Below, one piece after another: positions 19,525-28,519 of a stretch of 64,000 nt of DNA. The position numbers were made by a program, and so were the translations under genes. How positions within the stretch are numbered: position 1 is the first letter of the stretch; each line of letters starts with the position of its first letter. This DNA comes from a phage, in sequence record PZ171035.1. The stretch is one strand, 5' to 3'. The notes under the pieces were generated by a model. That model was not told the origin of the DNA, searched no databases, and worked only from the letters and a program-made list of their open reading frames with translations.

Positions 19525-20482
19525 TGTCTCACTGGCTCTGGCTGTATGGCTACTACATGACGAGTATGATTACGTAGACAATTCTAAGTACCTGTCTGTT
19601 ACTACATTGCTTAAGCCAATTAAGCAAATCGTCATGAAACATCGTGTAGATCTTAGTGACCAGTCAATTGATGTTATGGATTTTGTCTCCACATCAATGG
19701 GCACTGGTTTACATGATTCTATCGAGAAAGCCTGGAAGCTAGGTCATAAGACTGCATTGAAGAAGCTAGGTTATCCTCAGCGTGTAATTGATGCAGTAGT
19801 CATTAACCCAACCAAAGCAGACTTTGATGCTAACCCTGACCTTATCCCAATCTACATTGAACAGCGTGGAACCAGGGTAGTTAAGGGTTGGACTATCGGT
19901 GGTAAGTTCGACATCGTAATAGAAGGTCTGTTACAAGACTTCAAGTCTACCTCAACCTATTCTTGGGTTGCTGGTTCCCGTGATGATGAACACAAGATGC
20001 AAGGTAGCTTGTACCGTTGGATTCACAACGACATCATTACCGAGGATGTAATCCGTATTAACTACATCTTCACTGACTTCATGAAGCACATGGCTAATAG
20101 CAATCCCAACTATCCTTCTAATCGTATTATGCATAAGGATATTCCACTGCTATCCGTCGAGAAGACTGAGCGTTGGGTAGAAGAGAAGATTCACCACATT
20201 GAGAAGTACTGGAATGCACCAGAAGAGGAAATTCCTGAATGTACTGACGAGGAGTTGTGGCGAACAGAACCACAGTTCAAATACTTCTCTGATGCTTCTA
20301 AGGTAGATGTACCTGGAGCCAGAAGTACTAAAAACTTTGACGATATGGCATCTGCTCGTATCTTCATGGCTGAAAAAGGTGGCAAGGGTGCTATCAAGGT
20401 CGTGGAGGGGCAGGTTAAGCGTTGTCTGTACTGCCCTGTCGCATCCATTTGCAAACAAAGAGAGAGATATTTTCCATCATGA
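19502..20482 (+). CDS. PD-(D/E)xK family exonuclease (Cas4/RecB-like) with C-terminal Cys cluster
   Basis: GKFDIVIEG...DFK motif; C-terminal CLYCPVASIC. Confidence 0.45.
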   Translation: MKITNNHDVSLALAVWLLHDEYDYVDNSKYLSVTTLLKPIKQIVMKHRVDLSDQSIDVMDFVSTSMGTGLHDSIEKAWKLGHKTALKKLGYPQRVIDAVVINPTKADFDANPDLIPIYIEQRGTRVVKGWTIGGKFDIVIEGLLQDFKSTSTYSWVAGSRDDEHKMQGSLYRWIHNDIITEDVIRINYIFTDFMKHMANSNPNYPSNRIMHKDIPLLSVEKTERWVEEKIHHIEKYWNAPEEEIPECTDEELWRTEPQFKYFSDASKVDVPGARSTKNFDDMASARIFMAEKGGKGAIKVVEGQVKRCLYCPVASICKQRERYFPS

Positions 20483-22632
20483 GTATTGACCTGACCGGAG
20501 TCACTCACCACCCTGCAATTGAAGAAATTGTAGACGTGCTGTGTAACAAGACACAAAACAACGACAGAGGATTCTTCCGTGTCGAAGTAGCCTACTTCCT
20601 GGCTAAAATGGCATCCTGCATGGGTGCAACCATTGTCACTAAAGACCGTGGTGACTTACCAGTCAACATTTACGCTATGGCATTAGCAACGTCTGGCTTC
20701 GGTAAAGGTCACTCGGTAAATATTATTGAAGATGGGTTCATGACTGGCTTCCGTAAACGTTTTATGGAAGACACCATGCCCGTCATTGCAAATGACCGTT
20801 TATGGAAGATTGCTAACGAACGTGCTGCTCGTCAGGGTACAGACCAGAATGATGAGTTTGATAAAGTCGAAGCAGAGTATAAACGTGCCGGGGCATATCC
20901 GTTTACGTTTGACTCTGGTACTCCACCAGCAGTTAAACAGCTACGTCATAAGCTGTTAATGGCTGGGTGTGGTTCAATCAACCTTCAGATTGATGAGATT
21001 GGTTCAAACCTGTTGGCTAACACAGATGTATTAACTCTGTTCCTGGAGCTGTATGACCAGGGTAAGGTTAAGCAGAAGCTAACCAAGAACACTGCTGAAA
21101 GTGTTCGTGGTGAAGAACTGGATGGTAAGACTCCAGCTAACCTGTTGCTGTTTGGTACACCAAGTAAGCTACTGGATGGTGGTCAGACCGAAGACCAGTT
21201 CTATGACTTCCTCGATACAGGGTATGCACGTCGCTGTCTGTTTGCCATTGGTCACTTGGACAAACGAGCACATGCAACAATGTCTCCGGAAGAAATCTAC
21301 CGTAACCTGATTAAGCAGGATAACGTACAGTCTCTGGGTAAGTGGGCTAATCATTTCCATAGTCTGGCTGACCCAAACCTGTTTGGCTTTAAGATGGTTG
21401 TGGAAGATGCAGTGGGTATTGCTTTGATTACTTACAAGATTGATTGTGAGAAACAAGCAGAAGCTATGGCTGACCACGAAGAGATTCGTAAGGCTGAAAT
21501 TTCCCACCGTTATTTCAAAGCACTTAAACTGGCTGGAGCACTGGCATTTGTTGACCAGAGTTCATTCATTGAGATGTCTCACCTCAAACAAGCAATCCTG
21601 CTTGTAGAGGAATCTGGGGCAGCATTCCAGGGTATTCTCAATCGTGAGAAAGCCTATGTGAAGCTGGCTAAGTATATCGCTTCTGTAGGTAAAGAAGTGA
21701 CTCATGCTGACTTATTGGAATCATTGCCGTTCTATAAGAGTGGTAATGCAGCTCGTAATGAGATGATGACCCTGGCTACAGCATGGGGCTACAAACAGCA
21801 CATCATCATTAAGAAAACCTTCAACGAAGGCATTGAGTTCTTCCGTGGGGAAACTCTGAAAGAAACTGACATCAATGAGATGATAGTGGCATATAGTGAT
21901 AGCTTTGCTTATGACTACATTGGTGAACGTGTACCGTTCGACCAGTTGCATGTATTAACCCAAGCTCCCGGTATGCACTGGGTAAACCATCACATGAAGA
22001 ATGGACATCGTTCTGAAGAGAACGTTATTCCAGGATTTAACATGATTGTTATCGACTGTGATGGTGGAGTACCACTGCATACGTGCCATGAACTGATGAA
22101 GGAATATAAGTTCATGACTTATACCACTAAGCGTCATTCTGATGAACAGAATCGCTTCCGTCTGATTATTCCAATGAACTATGAGTTACACCTCGATACT
22201 GAGGAATACAAAGAGTTCATGAATAACGTTATGTCCTGGCTACCATTCGAAACGGATGAATCTGCTAACCAACGAGCCAAGAAGTGGATGTCCTGCGAGA
22301 CTGGTTCCTATCATTACAATCTTGAAGCAAATCTGTTGGACGTGCGTGACTTTATTCCTCGTACTAGTAAGAACGAGCAGTTCCAGAACCAGATGAAGGA
22401 AGTACAGTCGTTGGATAATCTGGAGCGTTGGTTCGCTAGTCGTATTGCTACCGGTAATCGTAATAATCAAATGATTAAGTACGCACTGGCATTGGTTGAT
22501 AGTGGTTGGGATTTTGCCCAAATACAGCAAGCCGTCCACTCATTCAATAAGAAACTGGCTAACCCATTGCCAGATGATGAGTTGAATGCAACCGTAATGG
22601 TCACCGTGGCTAAACGCTTCGCTGGCAAGTAA
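20479..22632 (+). CDS. DNA primase (N4-type, with primase C-terminal domain)
   Basis: ATGA overlap start at 20479; MIVIDCDGG acidic motif; C-terminal PriCT-like NKKLANPLPDDELNATV. Confidence 0.45.
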   Translation: MSIDLTGVTHHPAIEEIVDVLCNKTQNNDRGFFRVEVAYFLAKMASCMGATIVTKDRGDLPVNIYAMALATSGFGKGHSVNIIEDGFMTGFRKRFMEDTMPVIANDRLWKIANERAARQGTDQNDEFDKVEAEYKRAGAYPFTFDSGTPPAVKQLRHKLLMAGCGSINLQIDEIGSNLLANTDVLTLFLELYDQGKVKQKLTKNTAESVRGEELDGKTPANLLLFGTPSKLLDGGQTEDQFYDFLDTGYARRCLFAIGHLDKRAHATMSPEEIYRNLIKQDNVQSLGKWANHFHSLADPNLFGFKMVVEDAVGIALITYKIDCEKQAEAMADHEEIRKAEISHRYFKALKLAGALAFVDQSSFIEMSHLKQAILLVEESGAAFQGILNREKAYVKLAKYIASVGKEVTHADLLESLPFYKSGNAARNEMMTLATAWGYKQHIIIKKTFNEGIEFFRGETLKETDINEMIVAYSDSFAYDYIGERVPFDQLHVLTQAPGMHWVNHHMKNGHRSEENVIPGFNMIVIDCDGGVPLHTCHELMKEYKFMTYTTKRHSDEQNRFRLIIPMNYELHLDTEEYKEFMNNVMSWLPFETDESANQRAKKWMSCETGSYHYNLEANLLDVRDFIPRTSKNEQFQNQMKEVQSLDNLERWFASRIATGNRNNQMIKYALALVDSGWDFAQIQQAVHSFNKKLANPLPDDELNATVMVTVAKRFAGK

Positions 22633-22688
22633 GCAAACAGGAGTCTTTCTTTGGTTTGAAGGACTCCTAAATTAAATGAGGAAAAATA

Positions 22689-23441
22689 ATGTCCGAAGTA
22701 ATTCCCAATGATATGAACACTCAGCTGATCCTGATTGCAGGATTCTCAGCGAGTGGTAAATCAGCATCACTGCGTAACATCCGGAACCAGGAACGCTGGC
22801 TCTATCTGAATACTGAAGCAGGTAAACGTCTGCCTTTCCGTAACAAGTTCAATACCTACAACATTGAAGACCCATACCAGATTTGGGAAGCATTTGATGT
22901 TGCATCTCCTGGTGGAGAAATGGCAGATGATGTTGATGGTATCATCATTGACTCAGCAACCTTTATGATGGATATGCTGGAATCCCAGTACGTATTGCCT
23001 TCTGCAAATACGCAAAAGGCATGGGGTGACTTTGCACAGTTCTTTAAGATACTGCTGCAACAAAAAGTCGTTAAGTTTGGTAAGCCAGTAATCATTACTG
23101 CACATGCTAAAGACGAACTTGATGAAGCTGCTGGTGTGATGAAAACATTCATCCCAGTGAAAGGCTCTCTTAAGAATAACGGGCTTGAAGCCTACTTCTC
23201 TACAGTTGTTTACGCAGAACGTGTAGACATTAAAGAACTGGAGAAGTATGGGAACAAGATGTTAGAAATTACGGAGGAAGAACGTGATTTAGGCTATAAA
23301 CACGTATTCCAGACCCGTCCAACCAAGAAGTCAGTTGGTAAACGACTTCGTTCCCCAATGGGTATGTTCGATAAGTCCGAGACTTACATTGATAACGATG
23401 CCCAGAAACTCTTAGACCATCTGGCTGAATACTACGCTTAA
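22689..23441 (+). CDS. P-loop NTPase, RecA-like (Sak4/AAA_24-like)
   Basis: Walker A GFSASGKS, Walker B IIIDS; 250 aa. Confidence 0.4.
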   Translation: MSEVIPNDMNTQLILIAGFSASGKSASLRNIRNQERWLYLNTEAGKRLPFRNKFNTYNIEDPYQIWEAFDVASPGGEMADDVDGIIIDSATFMMDMLESQYVLPSANTQKAWGDFAQFFKILLQQKVVKFGKPVIITAHAKDELDEAAGVMKTFIPVKGSLKNNGLEAYFSTVVYAERVDIKELEKYGNKMLEITEEERDLGYKHVFQTRPTKKSVGKRLRSPMGMFDKSETYIDNDAQKLLDHLAEYYA

Positions 23442-23480
23442 GCGTTTGCCTGGTTGTTAATCACTTGTTAGGAAAATCAT

Positions 23481-24284
23481 ATGTCATTGTTCAGTAATCT
23501 GAAAGAAAAAACCAAAAACGTTGAAGCTGTTAAAGACTCCCTTGGTGGCGGTGGCTTCGGTGCAAAAGAGTCCGATATCTACACTGGTACTGTAAAAGTA
23601 GCCTATGTAGGTAAAGCTGACTCTGGTGCAGACTGGATGCAGTTAATCATTGAAGACCTGAAGAATTCTGATGGAGTACCTGCTGGTGAGTTCCGTGCTC
23701 AGGTGTACTTCACTTCTGGTAATGCTAAAGGCAATAAGCCGACTTACGAGAAGAACGGTAAAGAATACTTCCTGCCTGGCTACACTGTCATTAATGACAT
23801 GATGCTGATGGCTACCGGTACGGAACTGCCTGAAGCTGACTTCGAAGAGAAGATCGTTAAAGTCTATGACTTCGATACTAAAGCAGAAGTTAATAAATCT
23901 GTCATGGTTCCAGTTGACCTGGTAGGCCAGACTGTTACCTTCGCTCTGGAAAAAGTTCTGGAAAACAAGCAGGTTAAAGGTGACAACGGTTACGTTGACT
24001 CCGGCGAAACTCGTGAAGTAAACGAGATTCAGAAAGTGTTTCATCCGGAACTGCTGGTCACAGTTGTCGAGGCTCAGGAAGCAGAGAAGGCTGAGAAAGA
24101 ACTGACTCCGGAACTAGCTGTATTCTATGCAGCATGGTTGGAAAAGAACAAAGGTAAAACCCGTGATAAGACCAAGGGTTCTGCTGGTGGTAATGGTAAA
24201 GGTGGCTTGCCTCCTAAACCAGGTGCAGGTGCTGGCACAGGTACTACTCCAGCCGGTGGTAAATCTCTGTTCGGTAAACGTTAA
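23481..24284 (+). CDS. ssb: single-stranded DNA-binding protein (N4-type SSB)
   Basis: 267 aa, close to the 265 aa recalled for N4 SSB; Gly-rich C-terminal tail; position between primase region and resolvase. Confidence 0.5.
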   Translation: MSLFSNLKEKTKNVEAVKDSLGGGGFGAKESDIYTGTVKVAYVGKADSGADWMQLIIEDLKNSDGVPAGEFRAQVYFTSGNAKGNKPTYEKNGKEYFLPGYTVINDMMLMATGTELPEADFEEKIVKVYDFDTKAEVNKSVMVPVDLVGQTVTFALEKVLENKQVKGDNGYVDSGETREVNEIQKVFHPELLVTVVEAQEAEKAEKELTPELAVFYAAWLEKNKGKTRDKTKGSAGGNGKGGLPPKPGAGAGTGTTPAGGKSLFGKR

Positions 24285-24838
24285 TGAAAATCCCAATTGT
24301 TGGTGCAGACATTAGCCTCCGCAATTGGGGATTAGCTCGTGGGATGCTGGACATTGAGTCCGGCGTCTTCGAGCAGGTCGAACTTAAACTGGTTCAAACT
24401 GAAGTTGACCACAACAAACAAGTTCGAACCAACTCCAAAGATATACAAGCTGCCCATGATTTGTTTCTTGGTTGTGAGGAATGGTTACGGCCTGCTAAAG
24501 CAGTATTCGTAGAAGTACCAGTAGGCTCTCAGTCTGCTAATGGTATGAAATCCTATGGAGTATGCGTAGGATTAATAGGTGCATTTCGTGCATTGGGTTG
24601 TCCAATCTTTGAAGTATCCCCAATTGAAAACAAACTTGCACTGGTCGGTGATAAAACTGCATCTAAAGACACGATGATTCGTGCTGCTCATGCCATCTAT
24701 CCCGAAGCCAACTGGCTCACGGATAAGAAAGGCAAACTTCTGAATAAGAATGAGCACTTAGCAGATGCAATCGGTGCAATCCATGCTGGTGTAAATCTCC
24801 CAGCTTTCCAGAACCTCATTAAGTTATTAAAGGCGTAA
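24284..24838 (+). CDS. RuvC-like Holliday junction resolvase
   Basis: N-terminal IVGADIS, FVEVP, C-terminal EHLADAIGAIHA matching the RuvC D/E/D/D layout. Confidence 0.5.
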   Translation: MKIPIVGADISLRNWGLARGMLDIESGVFEQVELKLVQTEVDHNKQVRTNSKDIQAAHDLFLGCEEWLRPAKAVFVEVPVGSQSANGMKSYGVCVGLIGAFRALGCPIFEVSPIENKLALVGDKTASKDTMIRAAHAIYPEANWLTDKKGKLLNKNEHLADAIGAIHAGVNLPAFQNLIKLLKA

Positions 24839-24839
24839 T

Positions 24840-25292
24840 ATGCAAATCATTTTGAACCAGTCCGAAGTAGAAGCTGCTGTACAGGCTTATGTTGATGATC
24901 AAATCAATCTTGCTGGTGACATTAATATTGTCATCAATGCAGATGGTACTGCCTCCGTTGGTATCAACGAAGAGGTGAGTCATGAAGATGACACTCCACC
25001 CTTGGTAGAGAAGAAAACTCGTCGTTCCCGTAAAAACCCTCAAGAAGCTAAGCATCGTCCGGTAGAACCGGAGCCAGAAGAAGTAGTTGAAGAGGCAAAG
25101 GTAGAAGAAACCCAGACCTCTACTGGTGGTCCGAACGGGAATTCTACGCCGGAACCTGAAGAAGCAGTAGCTGAACCAGAAGCACAAGAAGAAGTTGTGC
25201 AGGAAGAGGATATGAAAGAAGACCGTGAGCTTCCTCCGGAAGAACGACCGGTAACGAAGCCTTCACTGTTCGCTGGCCTTAAACGTAGTTAA
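24840..25292 (+). CDS. acidic hypothetical protein
   Basis: 150 aa, Glu-rich C-terminal half. Confidence 0.45.
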   Translation: MQIILNQSEVEAAVQAYVDDQINLAGDINIVINADGTASVGINEEVSHEDDTPPLVEKKTRRSRKNPQEAKHRPVEPEPEEVVEEAKVEETQTSTGGPNGNSTPEPEEAVAEPEAQEEVVQEEDMKEDRELPPEERPVTKPSLFAGLKRS

Positions 25293-25300
25293 TCTGGTAG

Positions 25301-25462
25301 GTGGCTCAGAAGCTGCTGCTATTTGTGGTAGTGTTCGTAATTCTGATGCTATTGCTTATCAGGATTCTGGACGTGTCGGCTCCATACATAGCATTTATCA
25401 TCACTGTGCTTATACTTTGGAAACTCAGTGATAAAAACGGTGGTGACAAGCCGCCAGAGTAA
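25301..25462 (+). CDS. candidate small hydrophobic membrane peptide (below ORF-track length cut-off)
   Basis: GTG 25301 (or ATG 25346) to TAA 25460-25462; predicted ...LLLFVVVFVILMLLLIRILDVSAPYIAFIITVLILWKLSDKNGGDKPPE; followed 12 nt later by a 14-bp perfect hairpin. Confidence 0.3.
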   Translation: MAQKLLLFVVVFVILMLLLIRILDVSAPYIAFIITVLILWKLSDKNGGDKPPE

Positions 25463-25473
25463 CAACAACAACC

Positions 25474-25513
25474 GAACCAGTGGACTTTATTACTCCCCGA
25501 AGTCCACTGGTTC
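25474..25513 (+). repeat. 14-bp perfect inverted repeat (hairpin), 12-nt loop
   Basis: GAACCAGTGGACTT-TATTACTCCCCG-AAGTCCACTGGTTC. Confidence 0.8.
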
Positions 25514-26557
25514 AATCTAAACTAAGCGGAAAAGTTAGCTTTTTCTTGGGTGTAGAACCTGTTGAAGGAAACAAAGAATTTCACATTGAATAGTTAATAT
25601 CGTGAAGGGTTCTGTTAGAATCCTTTGAGATAGGAACTCCTATCATAACTATTCTTAACTTAATCATTGCCGTATGGCACTGACGCTAGGGGTGGCCCCC
25701 CCATCCGTCAGGTAGACTATTTTAAGAATGGATTATCACAGCAAATGTAAAGCAACATTCGGGTTAATCAATGGCCTCTCCCTATAGGGGCCATTTCTGA
25801 ATCTTAGGCTATATCCCAAAGGTTAGTATCTTTGGGATAAGGCTTCAGATCCCTTATCAACTAACGCTCGTGTTGAGCATTTTAATCACATAAGCCCCTA
25901 TATGGGCTGGGTTAAATGTCGGATAGCAAAGCTACCTACAGCATCGAATTGTTAGGTCTTACATGTAATATAGGGTATAAAGGGAGGACTCGTCCCCTCC
26001 CTCCTATTATGACATCCTATCAATGAGTACATTAAGCTAACGTGCGGAGGTTTACACTGTAGCCGGTGTAGGTGGAGAAGACGGCAGGGTAGCTACCTGT
26101 GCTTAGTGTACTCTTTGATAGTTTTCGTAAGCGATTATGCGGTTTTTTAGAAACGAACCAATAACATAAATGCAAACGATGATGTTGTTCTGATGGCGGC
26201 GTAATAGCCTGTAAGTCAGCAAGGTCTTCCGACTCCTTGTAAGCAAATTCGGCGCAGTGGCCCGCTGTGATTAATAATGGGCACACAACAGGTAAGAGCA
26301 TTTAGGCTACTGAGAAATCATCCGAGGCAATCAGACCTATCTTCTGTTAAGTGCTCTTTCCGTTGTGGTGAATGCGCAGGCTGATGCGCAGTGGGACGTG
26401 GCTGACTCACGAGGATGGCTCAAGCGAATAAGCAAGCTCGACGCCGCCGAATAAGCGCCTTATGCCGGAGATCAGCACCGGCCACCACAACAAGTCCAGA
26501 CGATATCTGAGTGACTATAAAAACAGATGGAGCCAGGTGGAATCCCTGGCAACTAAT

Positions 26558-26623
26558 TCCGGTGTAGGTACTAGTGTCGTGCACGGCATGAGCATTCTGG
26601 TTCGAGTCCAGACGCCGGAACCA
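26558..26623 (+). ncRNA. tRNA-like element (T-arm plus acceptor minihelix with encoded CCA)
   Basis: Acceptor TCCGGTG/CGCCGGA, T-arm TCTGG-TTCGAGT-CCAGA, discriminator A, CCA; only 63 nt before CCA and no canonical D/anticodon arms found. Confidence 0.3.
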
Positions 26624-26625
26624 AT

Positions 26626-26749
26626 TACCAGTTGCACGAGATGGCTTGACATGTTCAAGTTTGGACTAAGTGTGACACCGCTAGATTGGAGGGCTGCTGC
26701 GGTAAGCTATAGACTCCAACCGGAGGTTCGAATCCTTCACTGGTAACCA
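26626..26749 (+). ncRNA. tRNA-like element with ~48-nt extra internal sequence
   Basis: Perfect 7-bp acceptor TACCAGT/ACTGGTA, T-arm GGAGG-TTCGAAT-CCTTC, discriminator A, CCA; 121 nt between acceptor strands. Confidence 0.3.
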
Positions 26750-27332
26750 ATTCAAAGTAGCACTCGTTTATACTTCCCGGTATTCAAAGACACATTCTTG
26801 TGTGAGTGTTACTCTGAATTGTAAGAATTATGGGGGTAAGTCGTAAATACGACAGCGTAAGTACCAGATGAAACCTCTGGACGCCCCTACCATATTTGAG
26901 ATGTAACAGTTAAATCCGTACCCGGAAGTGCTATTCTAGATACGCTGCCAATGTGGAGACGGTAAGGCTGTACAGGACTCGGACTCCCACCTCAAACCAA
27001 AGTCGCCAGATACTTATGGCAAACGGGTAGTAACGAACTAGTCATTCGTCAAACGCCCACCCTATTATGAGTCAGCAAGAACGCCTTCACTTAAACTTAA
27101 ACAAAAAAGCTTAACGCAATAATTATGTAGGGGTATGTAAGGATTGCGAAGAAGGAGCCAGTTAAAGTCTGGCATGACTCACCTAATTGAGGCTGTACTT
27201 ATGTTCTACAGTAGGTGCACAACACTGGGCTGCTACACCCAGAGGTACAGCCTCACCCTATTATGGGTAGCCTATACTAGTTATAGGGCAGATAATCTGT
27301 GGCAGTGTAAGGCTGCACTACCCTTTCATTAA

Positions 27333-27408
27333 TACCCGGTAGGCTTAGTGGTAAAGCCCCACTAGTAAACCAACTAGGACGCAGGTTCGAATCCTGTCCG
27401 GGTAGCCA
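27333..27408 (+). tRNA. tRNA (anticodon not resolved)
   Basis: Acceptor TACCCGG/CCGGGTA, D-arm GGCT-TAGTGGTAA-AGCC, T-arm GCAGG-TTCGAAT-CCTGT, discriminator G plus CCA; anticodon arm pairs only with a shifted, non-canonical register. Confidence 0.55.
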
Positions 27409-27413
27409 TTTAT

Positions 27414-27498
27414 GCCCACTTAGCTCAGTGGTAGAGCGCAGGAAAGCTTCGAGAGAACAAGGTGTCTGTGGTCACTGGTTCAAATCCAGTAGTGGGTA
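27414..27498 (+). tRNA. tRNA, 85 nt, probably long-variable-arm type (anticodon not resolved)
   Basis: Acceptor GCCCACT/AGTGGGT, D-arm GCTC-AGTGGTA-GAGC, T-arm ACTGG-TTCAAAT-CCAGT; no CCA encoded; no canonical anticodon stem found by eye. Confidence 0.5.
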
Positions 27499-27813
27499 CT
27501 TATTTGCTGCAATATTCCCATAGGGAATGGTGTCGTATACGCCACCTAGTTTCTGGTGAAACTCCAGATGCAGCAATCCATTCAGCAGTAACATAGTCCT
27601 GATTGCATTGCACTCTAAAGACAACACTGGTAAGACAGTCCAGTGGCTGCTATTGTATTGATATTCCCCTCGACGGGAATTTCGCTAGTGAAGGTAACAC
27701 TTAAAAATCCAAACCCACGTCTTACTGCTATCGGGCTATCAACCCACAGTCGCTTAACACACTAGTGGTAGTAGTTTGACGACCTAGCCTCGTTAGCTGC
27801 GTTAAAGCTACTA

Positions 27814-27850
27814 AGTCCCCTAGAGCCGCCCCTCTAGGGGACTTTTTTAT
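27814..27850 (+). terminator. rho-independent terminator (12-bp perfect stem)
   Basis: AGTCCCCTAGAG-CCGCCC-CTCTAGGGGACT followed by T6. Confidence 0.75.
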
Positions 27851-27877
27851 TTGAGTATTAATAACCGGATAATCAAT

Positions 27878-28036
27878 ATGATTGACCTAATCTCAACCCC
27901 GTATGCCTATGAGGTAACGGACAACCGAGGGCATAAGTACTTGGTATTTGTAGGTAGCGTAGCCTATAACAACGCAGTCATGTTTAAGTACAAACTCAAA
28001 CCACTCTATGAGGCTAATAATGGCAACAGTAAGTAA
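27878..28036 (+). CDS. hypothetical small protein
   Basis: ATG 27878; ORF-track start at 27851 is TTG inside the terminator tail. Confidence 0.35.
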   Translation: MIDLISTPYAYEVTDNRGHKYLVFVGSVAYNNAVMFKYKLKPLYEANNGNSK

Positions 28037-28400
28037 AGAAGCAATCGAAGCTAAGATTAAGAGCGTCTACTATTTCAATGGATCGGATGCAGTGAAGTCT
28101 GCATTCGTTGACCCATCTGCACTTCCAGCAGATGATTTGGCTAACCTGGGTCTGACAACCCATTGTGTAATCATTCTGGAAAACAACTTTAAAGTTGAAG
28201 GTGTATCTGCTTGCGTAGACCCAACTATCTATGATGAACAGAAGGGTCGTCAATATGCATATGAAAATGCATTCAATAAGATTTGGGAATTAGAGGGTTA
28301 CCTACTACGTCAGGCACTGCACGAGAAAGAAGAGACCGCTAAAGCTCTGGCTTCCTTTGCAGAAAACAATACCTGTGATGGTGGTGGTTGTACAATCTGA
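28020..28400 (+). CDS. hypothetical protein
   Basis: ATG 28020 with GAGG RBS (ORF-track 28008 also possible); 126 aa. Confidence 0.45.
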   Translation: MATVSKEAIEAKIKSVYYFNGSDAVKSAFVDPSALPADDLANLGLTTHCVIILENNFKVEGVSACVDPTIYDEQKGRQYAYENAFNKIWELEGYLLRQALHEKEETAKALASFAENNTCDGGGCTI

Positions 28401-28482
28401 TCCAAAGGTGTAAGGTAGTTTTTACCGAAAGGTACTGAACTACCCGACAAAGTAGTAAGGCTCTAGAAGCCGAAACAAAACA

Positions 28483-28510
28483 AGCCCTCCTAGCGAGGGC
28501 TTTATCATTT
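28483..28510 (+). terminator. rho-independent terminator
   Basis: AGCCCTC-CTAGC-GAGGGCT followed by TTATCATTT. Confidence 0.55.
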
Positions 28511-28519
28511 GAGGTAGTT

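Larger units (their letters stand above)
25520..27810 (+). ncRNA. ORF-free structured RNA region containing tRNA and tRNA-like elements; possible additional structured ncRNA(s)
   Basis: 2.3 kb without a credible ORF in an otherwise gene-dense genome; visibly more GC-rich; many strong hairpins (e.g. 25771-25796, 25810-25837, 25984-26005, 27191-27254 with nested stems). Confidence 0.4.

Noticed and set aside
22633-22670. Inverted repeat AGGAGTC...GACTCCT after the primase gene as a terminator
   Set aside because: The 16-nt loop and lack of a following U-tract make it a poor intrinsic terminator; noted only as a possible structured element.
25306-25515. 69-aa – strand ORF
   Set aside because: Overlaps the 14-bp inverted repeat and is antisense to the more plausible hydrophobic small ORF; Cys/Ser-rich random-looking product.
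26032-27332. ORFs 26032-26301 (–), 26462-26746 (+) and 27144-27332 (+) inside the RNA region
   Set aside because: Translations look compositionally random; the ORFs overlap tRNA-like elements and strong hairpins; no RBS.
25520-27810. CRISPR array or rRNA fragment in the ORF-free region
   Set aside because: No regularly spaced direct repeats were seen (only two similar GCGCAGTGG segments) and nothing resembled conserved rRNA sequence.
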